DNA of 25,234 nucleotides from assembly GCA_035945915.1 (NCBI GenBank), contig DASYZW010000541.1:1-25234 (forward strand). Direction: 5' to 3'. Position numbers and translations under genes: made by a program. A model generated the notes under the pieces. The model made no database searches. It was not told the origin of the DNA and worked only from the letters and a program-made list of their open reading frames with translations. Of this stretch, positions 16,442-23,851 are shown piece by piece. Source of the stretch: Verrucomicrobiia bacterium (GTDB taxonomy: Bacteria; Verrucomicrobiota; Verrucomicrobiia; Limisphaerales; UBA11358). Every line of letters begins with the position of its first letter. Within the stretch, counting starts at the first letter, position 1.

Positions 16442-18289
16442 TCAGCCGGCGGCCGGCTTCTTCCGAAAACTCCGCCAAAGCTCCCGCGGCGCGAGCGCCA
16501 GCAGGATGATCGTGATTTGGCTGGCGACGAAAATCAACAGCCAACGAAACGCCGCCTCGGTAAAACCGTAGCTATGGAGGCCGATGCCGAGCATGTTCAC
16601 GCCGAACCAGGACCAGCTCGTGACGATGTTGCCCATCACGGCCATGATCATGAGGCCGCGCTCGCGGACAAGGCCGCCCCAGCGCGCGTGCAAGATCGCC
16701 GCGTTCCAGAGCACAATCAACAACGCGCCATTTTCCTTGGGGTCCCACCCCCAAAATCGGCCCCACGATTGGTCCGCCCAAATGCCGCCTAGAACCGTGC
16801 CGGTGAAACTAAAGAGCGTTGCAAAACAGACGATTCCGTAAACCATCCGGCTGAGCGATTTGCCGGTTTGCTCGTCCAGTGAAGTGGTCAAAAGGCCGCG
16901 CAGGATATAGATGATGGCCAGGAATCCCGCCACGAACGTGGAGGCATAGCCGAGTGTGACCGTTACGACGTGCGTCGCCAGCCAGAAATTCGTATCGAGG
17001 ACGGCGCGCATCATTTCCATTGTATCCCCGCTCAAGGCGAGGTTATGGGCGATGATCAGCGTGACAAATCCGGCAAATCCCGCAACCACGCAGCCGATGC
17101 CATCGCGATAAATCTTCTCCAGGATCATGCCCAGGATGACCGCTCCCCAGCCGATGAAAATGGCCGAGGAATAGAGGTTGGTCACTGGCGGACGCCCTTC
17201 GAGGTACATGCGAAAAACCAGCCCGAACGTGTGAATTACCCACGCCAGCGCGATCAGATAAAATGCCGACCGCCGAAGCCATTCGGACAGATTGACCCAC
17301 GAACACAGGGCAAGCACGAGCGCGAGCACGTAGATGACCATGGCTTTATAAAAGGGCTCCATCGTGCTGAACAAAAACTCCTGCGCCGCTTTTCGAGCCT
17401 GCGAGGGAAAATGGTCGGCGAGCCAAATCCGATAGTGAGCGACGGCCTGGTTGAAATCCGCGGGACGGCCGGCGCGCCAGGCGCTAACCATTGCGGCATA
17501 ATCCAATGCCGGGATTGAGATCTGGCCGGTAGGCGCCGCCTGCATCAAATTTGTGCCCATATTTTCCCAGGCGTCCTGGCCGCCGGGCGGGTCCGCGGGT
17601 GGAATAATATTCGGCAGCGCATATTCCGCCACAGTCTGGAAACCACTTAGAAAGCCCATGAATTTAACAAACGCAACCTGGTCATACTTTTGGCCGGCGG
17701 CGCGAGCGCTGACGGCGGCGATCCCGGCCGTCATGCTTTGCTGATACTCCGCCAGGTCGGCCGCCAGATCATCCGTGTCCGGAGGTTTGACGCTGAGTTC
17801 CAACCGCTGATAGAGGCTCAGGGCGGCGTAGAGTTTCATCAACTGGTTTTCGAAGACACTTCGTTTGGGGCCGTCGATGCCGTCAATCCGTTCGGCCTGT
17901 TTCTGGATTTCATCCAGCGAAGGACGCAGTTCGTTCAAGGAATAATATTTTTGCGCCTCGGGAAGTTTCAACATGGCGAGAACCTCGCCGTTATCGATTC
18001 GGAAGATGCGTTGAGCTTCGGCTTGCTCCGGCTTCATCATCACGCCGAGCAACCATTCGGTGGCGGAGACAGTTTGATTACTTTCGGCGATCGATAATGT
18101 TTGTTTCGCGCGGATCTGGAGCAGGGAATCGCGGGCAACTGAATCAAAAGGCTGGAAACGTCCGTCCATGAGCACAGGCAGCCGGCCGAATTCCCGGGTG
18201 TGAAAACCGCTTTCCGCCGGCTGATACAGGCTGGAAAAGAACCAGACTGCCATGACAGCAGTAAGAATCGTTGGAATCCATTTTTTCAT
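16442..18289 (-). CDS. ccsA: System II cytochrome c maturation protein CcsA/ResC with a large N-terminal periplasmic domain, 615 aa
   Basis: WWD domain GGIWADQSWGRFWGWDPKENGALL, FWLATHV, GLHSY. The true start is MKKWIPTIL at 18289, with an ATGA overlap with the upstream stop. Confidence 0.93.
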   Translation of the reverse strand: MKKWIPTILTAVMAVWFFSSLYQPAESGFHTREFGRLPVLMDGRFQPFDSVARDSLLQIRAKQTLSIAESNQTVSATEWLLGVMMKPEQAEAQRIFRIDNGEVLAMLKLPEAQKYYSLNELRPSLDEIQKQAERIDGIDGPKRSVFENQLMKLYAALSLYQRLELSVKPPDTDDLAADLAEYQQSMTAGIAAVSARAAGQKYDQVAFVKFMGFLSGFQTVAEYALPNIIPPADPPGGQDAWENMGTNLMQAAPTGQISIPALDYAAMVSAWRAGRPADFNQAVAHYRIWLADHFPSQARKAAQEFLFSTMEPFYKAMVIYVLALVLALCSWVNLSEWLRRSAFYLIALAWVIHTFGLVFRMYLEGRPPVTNLYSSAIFIGWGAVILGMILEKIYRDGIGCVVAGFAGFVTLIIAHNLALSGDTMEMMRAVLDTNFWLATHVVTVTLGYASTFVAGFLAIIYILRGLLTTSLDEQTGKSLSRMVYGIVCFATLFSFTGTVLGGIWADQSWGRFWGWDPKENGALLIVLWNAAILHARWGGLVRERGLMIMAVMGNIVTSWSWFGVNMLGIGLHSYGFTEAAFRWLLIFVASQITIILLALAPRELWRSFRKKPAAG

Positions 18290-19431
18290 TGGGCGAGCCT
18301 CCGTTTCAAAAAGGGAATGAGATGTTGGAGAAATTGAACAATGAGTCCCGCCCCGACCAGGAGGCAAGAAAAATAGGGCGTGAGCCATCCCGGGTTGCGC
18401 ACCACCTGAAGCACGCTGCCGCCATCATCGGGATCATAACTGGCCTGGTAAAACGTAAGTCCCGAATATCGCAGCGGATTGTTCATATAGATGAGGACTT
18501 CGCGGTCTTCTTGCGTTTGCGGGTTTTGCACACGAACCCGGCTCGAAAAATTGCGCGGAATATCCGTGCCCGGATAATTGTCATGGTGAAACTCCAGCAG
18601 CTTCAAACTGAACGGCATGTAATATCGCGCCGGGCGAAGGGCCATTTCGTAGCTGCGGCCGTTGATGCTGAATTCCTGGGGCTGAGAAAGGAAAGCCGAA
18701 ACCAGATAGTCACTTGGAGCATCGCGCGGGGTCGTTATTTCAATAATCGCCGAGGGCATGTCCACACGGTCCATGGCGGTTTCACGGGGCAATTCACGCC
18801 AGTAAAAGTTGTTTCCCAAGCCGGCGGTTTGGGGAACGGGTTGGAGGCCCGATTCCGGCTTGCCCGCGAGGTCAGAGTTCGCGTAAAAAGCTTTCACACG
18901 GACTCCAAACGGCAACATTCCATCGGGCGCCTGGCCGTCCCTAACCAAGAGTCCGGCGGGAATGGCGACAACCTTTTCGGCGTTGCGGTCGGTTGTATCG
19001 GTAATCGCCAGCTCATAATCGCGTTGCGCTTCGGAGAAGTTTTTCGTCTGGCCGATGCGCAAATGGAGCGCGCTTTCCTGCGACAAGGCATCGGTGAGCA
19101 TTTGCCCCACCAGCAACAGCACGATGCCCAGGTGAATGAGCATGATTCCGATTTTTCGTTTGCCCGGCTGATAAAAGCGCAAGTGCGCCGCAAGCAAGTT
19201 AATGAGCAGAACCGTTCCCAGGAGATAGCCTCCGGGAAACACCGGGATCTCCAAACCGCCGCCGGCCGGTTGCCAAAATATCAGAAAGCTCCGAAAGAAT
19301 TCGTTTTGGGCCTTGTACAATCCGAGATGCACCTGCGCGAGAGTGCCCCAAAACACCAGCACGCAGCCCAGGACCAGACAGGCGACCGTCAGTTTGAGCG
19401 AGGAAAATAAGTTGAAAAGCGCTTTGAGCAT
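18286..19431 (-). CDS. ccsB: System II cytochrome c maturation protein CcsB/ResB-like
   Basis: LFSSLKLTV N-terminus, three TMs with conserved-type His (MLIHLGIVLL), IYMNNPLRYSGLTFYQASY, and a C-terminal TM. It is translationally coupled to ccsA. Confidence 0.85.
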   Translation of the reverse strand: MLKALFNLFSSLKLTVACLVLGCVLVFWGTLAQVHLGLYKAQNEFFRSFLIFWQPAGGGLEIPVFPGGYLLGTVLLINLLAAHLRFYQPGKRKIGIMLIHLGIVLLLVGQMLTDALSQESALHLRIGQTKNFSEAQRDYELAITDTTDRNAEKVVAIPAGLLVRDGQAPDGMLPFGVRVKAFYANSDLAGKPESGLQPVPQTAGLGNNFYWRELPRETAMDRVDMPSAIIEITTPRDAPSDYLVSAFLSQPQEFSINGRSYEMALRPARYYMPFSLKLLEFHHDNYPGTDIPRNFSSRVRVQNPQTQEDREVLIYMNNPLRYSGLTFYQASYDPDDGGSVLQVVRNPGWLTPYFSCLLVGAGLIVQFLQHLIPFLKRRLAQ

Positions 19432-19432
19432 T

Positions 19433-20632
19433 TCAGTATTTTACGCCTTTGACAAATTGCGTGAAGGTGTCGCGCTGCCCGGCCACCAGCGCCGGGTCGC
19501 CCATTAATTTGTAAAACCATGTGCGGTCTGACAGAGTTACAACCACGCCAACCAGTTCAGCCGGCTGGCCGGTCTGCACGCTGGCGCCGCTGAAATCCAC
19601 GAGTTGCGCCTGGCCGCCGGGCACGGCAAACGTAACAGTCGAAACCGCGTCAATGGGGGGCAAACCGAGTTGGCCGCGCCAGCGATTAACATTGGGAGCC
19701 AGGCCGCCGCCGTTGCCGGGGGAGGAACTCACATTGACCGATGCCTTCGCGCCGTTTTGGCCGCTGAGCAGGAATTTGGCGATGAGAAATTGACCGGCGG
19801 AAGCGGGTTGCCAACCGGCAGGGACCTGCCAGGCGGGCTGATTTTGGTCGGGAGCAGGAGCGCTCGCGGAAGGCGCGGCCATCTCGCCGATTGAGGGGTG
19901 TCCGGCAGGCAACGACGACGGGTTCTCGATATTTGCCGCGTCCGGATGTCCCGGGGGCAGATTGCCGTCCGCCTGGAGAGAACCAAACTTCAAAGAACGG
20001 AGGAACAGGACGAACGTCTGTTTCTGGTCCTCAACGAGGGTTGCATCGCCAGTCATTTTAAAGAACCACGTAGTGCCGTCGCGATGCTGAATGCCAGCCA
20101 GAATTCGGTTGGTCTCGCCACTGGCGGGATTTGCCCCTGCCACGTCGTAGAGCTGGGCGGTCTGTCCGTCCACTTCCACATTCTCAGCCAGGCTTTGCAA
20201 TTGATCATCGGGAACCGGTTGCAGGCCGACCTGGCCGCGCCATCGGTTCACGTTCGGCGAATCTCCCCCGGCCATGCCGGGAAGCGGAACGATACTGACG
20301 TCCGCTTGTTTGCCATCCGGCCCCGCCACTTCAAATGACCCGACGCGCATTTCGCTGGGCGGCATCTGCGTCCACCCCGACGGAGTGGTCCATGTGACCG
20401 GTGGCGCATTCTGGACATCCGAGGCGACGATGCCGGAGGGCATTTGGCCCGGGGCGGCCACCGGCTGGTCCGTTGAGGCCACGGCGGTTTGTTGGGGTTG
20501 CGCGTCCTGGGTATCGGACAGGCGATACACCTGGACCTGTTCCTTCCGACAACCGCCGGCCGGCAACAGCACCGGCGTCAGGAACAGAAGCCATGCGACG
20601 TTATTACAAATTTTCCTGGAACAATTTTTCAT
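19433..20632 (-). CDS. Uncharacterised predicted lipoprotein with an internal domain duplication and two LPxGHP motifs
   Basis: Lipobox-like LLPAGG-C. Two homologous halves (W..PxGW ... PNVNRWRGQ(V/L)GL ... TWF(F/Y)K(M/L)). Its stop lies 1 bp from the ccsB start. Confidence 0.8.
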   Translation of the reverse strand: MKNCSRKICNNVAWLLFLTPVLLPAGGCRKEQVQVYRLSDTQDAQPQQTAVASTDQPVAAPGQMPSGIVASDVQNAPPVTWTTPSGWTQMPPSEMRVGSFEVAGPDGKQADVSIVPLPGMAGGDSPNVNRWRGQVGLQPVPDDQLQSLAENVEVDGQTAQLYDVAGANPASGETNRILAGIQHRDGTTWFFKMTGDATLVEDQKQTFVLFLRSLKFGSLQADGNLPPGHPDAANIENPSSLPAGHPSIGEMAAPSASAPAPDQNQPAWQVPAGWQPASAGQFLIAKFLLSGQNGAKASVNVSSSPGNGGGLAPNVNRWRGQLGLPPIDAVSTVTFAVPGGQAQLVDFSGASVQTGQPAELVGVVVTLSDRTWFYKLMGDPALVAGQRDTFTQFVKGVKY

Positions 20633-20758
20633 AGTGCAATTCGATATGGGCCGGTCGTTTCAAACGATGTTTACGAGTAAAAGATAGGCGGAAAGGAATC
20701 GGCCGGCTCACCATGTATTGTCTTTCACAACACAATATTTGTTGAGCGGGCGAACGAA

Positions 20759-22987
20759 TTAAAACCGGTACCGGATCGTCGCCATGAAAAGGTTCGCCCG
20801 AAAATTACTGTTCCCGGCGGTCAATGCGTCATTGTAATCGTAATAGCCGTACTGGAGGCTGACCCGCAGCCGGGCATTGATCCGCCGTGTCAGCGTGGCT
20901 GTCACGGCCTGTTCGCGCGAACCGGCCCCGAGCGGCACACCCGCGGCGGAATTGTTCTGGTAATCATCTGCCTGGTAATAAAAATAATCCAGGCTCAAGT
21001 CGGTTTTGTCATCCAGGATAAAGCTCGGGGAAAAATTAAGCGTCCAATAATTGTTCTCCGCCTTGAGGATTGAAGCCACTGTCGGAGTCGGCAATTGGGA
21101 ATCGACGGAGGCCGATTCCGCCGCGGCCGGGGTCTTCGTGGTGCTCAGCACGTACGTAAATCCCGCCTCCAGGCTAAGCCTCGACCATGGAACCCAGCTG
21201 ATGTTTTGGCCAATCACATGGCTATTCATGCGCGAAGTCTGGATCTGGCTCGTGCCAAAAGGCGGGTTCGCGGATGGGGTGGTATCGATGAGTGACACCT
21301 GGTATTCGTACCGGCTGACCAGGCTCAAGCTTTGCAGGAGGTGAAGCGTGACGCGGCAGTTTCCATCGAACGTCTGAAAGTCCTGAATCGTGAAATAGCC
21401 GGGGTACGTTTCACCGTCGGCCGTGCTGTTGACCGGCGCTGAATAGTTATATTCGTCGTGTTTGTAATAGCCGCCAAAGTCCACGGCGAGCTGTCGAAGC
21501 GGGTACCAGCTTGCGCCCGCTGAATATTTCTGCAACAGGCTGGTATCGTCCACATAGTTGGTGACCGCCGGCACGCCAATTCCATCAACCTGGCTAAACC
21601 CGCCGAATTGATTCAGATTTCCATCGCTCTCTTCCCATCGGCCGCCGGCGGACAAAACCCAGTTGGTAAAGCCCGTATAGCGCGCGTCCAGGCTTTCGCA
21701 TACATCAACGACATCGCGGGAACTTTGGCTGTTGAATGATTCCGCGGGATACGTGCCCAAGGTTCCGGTCCCGGCGGAATTAGCGCTCCAGCCTTCCTTT
21801 TCAGCGCGAATGGCCGGAGTGATTTCAAATGTGCTCACGGGAATGGCGAGCAAATTCAAATCCATGACATATTCCTGCAGGTGAGAATCGCCGGTCATAT
21901 TGTAATAACCAAATCCGTTCCCCAGGGCCGGAAAGTAGGGAACGCCAAACCCGCTGCCATAAATCTGGCTGCCGGAAAAATTATTATCGAGATTGGCGAC
22001 CATGCCGCCGGCTGAAACGAACACGTGTTGCTTGATCCATTTCTCACCAGTGGCGTTCGCGCTAAAAAGATTATACGTGTTCTTATCGGCCATGGTGCGA
22101 TCGGTTTGAGATCCGATTTCACCGGGATAAAACGTCGTGTTCAGGCCGTCGTTCAGATCGCCGTGTTCGTAGTGCAGCCCGAGGGCCAAATCGGTATTCC
22201 AAATGTTCTTTTTGGCATTCAAATCAAAGGCATCTACCGTTTCATCCAAGTTATAAATGCTGGGAGCGAGCCCTTGAACTGTCCCGGGAAACGACGGGTT
22301 GGGATGTGTCGGCCCCCAGATAGTTGAGTCCTCGTTGCCGTAACGATAACTGTGGGTGTAGCCAAAAGTAATCGAGGGGAATCCCGCCAAGGTCAATCCG
22401 CCCAGAAATGAATACTCACCGCGATCCAAGGCAAGGGGCGAGCTTCCCTTGGGACCATAGTATTGCGTCCCGGTGGGCGGATAATAGCCGCCAATGTCAT
22501 CTGACCAGGTGCGGAAATTATTGGCGTGAAATTGGAGAAACCACTTGTCCGCATGCTCCATGCGCGCATTGATATCGTAGTTGTGCTGGTCATAGATCGA
22601 ATGCCCGTCCAGGGTCACGGTCGTGTTTGTAAACGGGCCGTTGCCTTGCAGGTGCAGGTCCTGGATGCCGCCGAAACCGCCGTTGTTCCAGTGTTGAACG
22701 GCTTCGGCCTGGGCACGGTCGCCGTGCGTCAGAAAACTACCCGCCGAAAAGTCCACCCAGTTGTTATTTGTGCTCGTGCCTTCAAAAAAATCCTGCGCGC
22801 TCATCGGCGGACTGTTGGTGTCCTCGCCCATGGCCGTCACCCCCATAAGAATGAGCAAAATGAAAAGCGATTGGCACAGACGGGAAGCGGTCAATGTTCG
22901 CTTCGGGTCGAGGCGTGTTCCCCGCCGCCGACGGCCTGGCGCGCCGTCCCTGGCATCTCCGTCCGTATTGCGCATTTTGTTTAACAT
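20759..22987 (-). CDS. MtrB/PioB-like outer-membrane beta-barrel (porin of a porin-cytochrome conduit)
   Basis: 742 aa with a signal-like segment, a Gly/Tyr/Asn/Phe-rich amphipathic strand pattern and C-terminal ..ATIRYRF (BAM-type terminal Phe). It lies 6 bp downstream of the MtrA-like gene. The start codon is uncertain (22987 or 22975). Confidence 0.82.
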   Translation of the reverse strand: MLNKMRNTDGDARDGAPGRRRRGTRLDPKRTLTASRLCQSLFILLILMGVTAMGEDTNSPPMSAQDFFEGTSTNNNWVDFSAGSFLTHGDRAQAEAVQHWNNGGFGGIQDLHLQGNGPFTNTTVTLDGHSIYDQHNYDINARMEHADKWFLQFHANNFRTWSDDIGGYYPPTGTQYYGPKGSSPLALDRGEYSFLGGLTLAGFPSITFGYTHSYRYGNEDSTIWGPTHPNPSFPGTVQGLAPSIYNLDETVDAFDLNAKKNIWNTDLALGLHYEHGDLNDGLNTTFYPGEIGSQTDRTMADKNTYNLFSANATGEKWIKQHVFVSAGGMVANLDNNFSGSQIYGSGFGVPYFPALGNGFGYYNMTGDSHLQEYVMDLNLLAIPVSTFEITPAIRAEKEGWSANSAGTGTLGTYPAESFNSQSSRDVVDVCESLDARYTGFTNWVLSAGGRWEESDGNLNQFGGFSQVDGIGVPAVTNYVDDTSLLQKYSAGASWYPLRQLAVDFGGYYKHDEYNYSAPVNSTADGETYPGYFTIQDFQTFDGNCRVTLHLLQSLSLVSRYEYQVSLIDTTPSANPPFGTSQIQTSRMNSHVIGQNISWVPWSRLSLEAGFTYVLSTTKTPAAAESASVDSQLPTPTVASILKAENNYWTLNFSPSFILDDKTDLSLDYFYYQADDYQNNSAAGVPLGAGSREQAVTATLTRRINARLRVSLQYGYYDYNDALTAGNSNFRANLFMATIRYRF

Positions 22988-22993
22988 GGGCGC

Positions 22994-23836
22994 CTAATAT
23001 CTGAGCGAGGGATTAACCCGCGAACCATGGACAGCTTCATGGCAACCCGCTGTCCAGCACGAGCCCTGTTGCAGGCGGTACGTATGATCGGAACCGCCGA
23101 TGTAAAGGGCGGTGCCCGTGTTCTGCACAAAATGACATCGCAGACAGAGATTGGAATCGCGGTCCACGAGCATTTTGTCGTTGATCGAGCCGTGCGGGTT
23201 GTGACAGGTCACGCAACCCTCACGCAAAGCCTGGTGTTCGAATACGAATGGGCCGCGCTCGGCGGGATGGCAGCGCAGGCACATCTCATTCTCAGAGAGC
23301 AACGCCGTGCCGCCGCCTTTCATAATGGAACCCTTGTGCGGGTCATGGCAATCGCTGCACGCCATCTCGCCCTCCGGCACCGGATGATGAATCGGCAATT
23401 CAAATTGCGCCCGCACGTCGGCGTGGCACTGATAACAAACCGTTTCCTGGGAACGCGCCGGAGCATCCGTCAAGCGCGCGCCATAACTGCTCCGGTTTTG
23501 CCGGCCGGCGGTGAAGCTGTACGGCGGCAGCGTGTCGCCGCCGGAATCCGAGTGCACGCTGCACGGTCCGTGGCACGATTCGCATCCGGCATTTAGCGCA
23601 TTATTGCCACGCGCCATCAGGCGGGCATGGTCGGCGGTCACAAAATCCTTGCAGATGTCATCGTGACAGGTATCGCATTGATCGGACCCTATGTAGGTGG
23701 CGCCGGGATAATTCGGCAGCACGACGACCGTTCGGTAAACGGTGGTGCAGGAAATCGCCGCCAAAAGCAGAGCTGCCGCGCCGGCCGTGATGACGGTCTT
23801 TCTTCCCTTTTTTTGAAATATAGCGCGATTTATCAT
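22994..23836 (-). CDS. MtrA/DmsE/PioA-like multiheme cytochrome c, 8 hemes, predicted lipoprotein
   Basis: LLLAAIS-C lipobox. CDTCH, CESCHGP, CYQCH, (HHPVPEGEMA)CSDCH, CLRCH, (GPFVFEHQALREG)CVTCHNPHGS, CLRCH and CWTAGCHEAVHGS. The C-terminal spacing follows the MtrA/DmsE family. Confidence 0.88.
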   Translation of the reverse strand: MINRAIFQKKGRKTVITAGAAALLLAAISCTTVYRTVVVLPNYPGATYIGSDQCDTCHDDICKDFVTADHARLMARGNNALNAGCESCHGPCSVHSDSGGDTLPPYSFTAGRQNRSSYGARLTDAPARSQETVCYQCHADVRAQFELPIHHPVPEGEMACSDCHDPHKGSIMKGGGTALLSENEMCLRCHPAERGPFVFEHQALREGCVTCHNPHGSINDKMLVDRDSNLCLRCHFVQNTGTALYIGGSDHTYRLQQGSCWTAGCHEAVHGSRVNPSLRY

Positions 23837-23851
23837 GGGACTGTTTGGGGT

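Noticed and set aside
18290-18388. Upstream extension MAHALFF... of ccsA
   Set aside because: It overlaps ccsB by about 100 bp. The ATGA-coupled start at 18289 gives a clean N-terminal TM.
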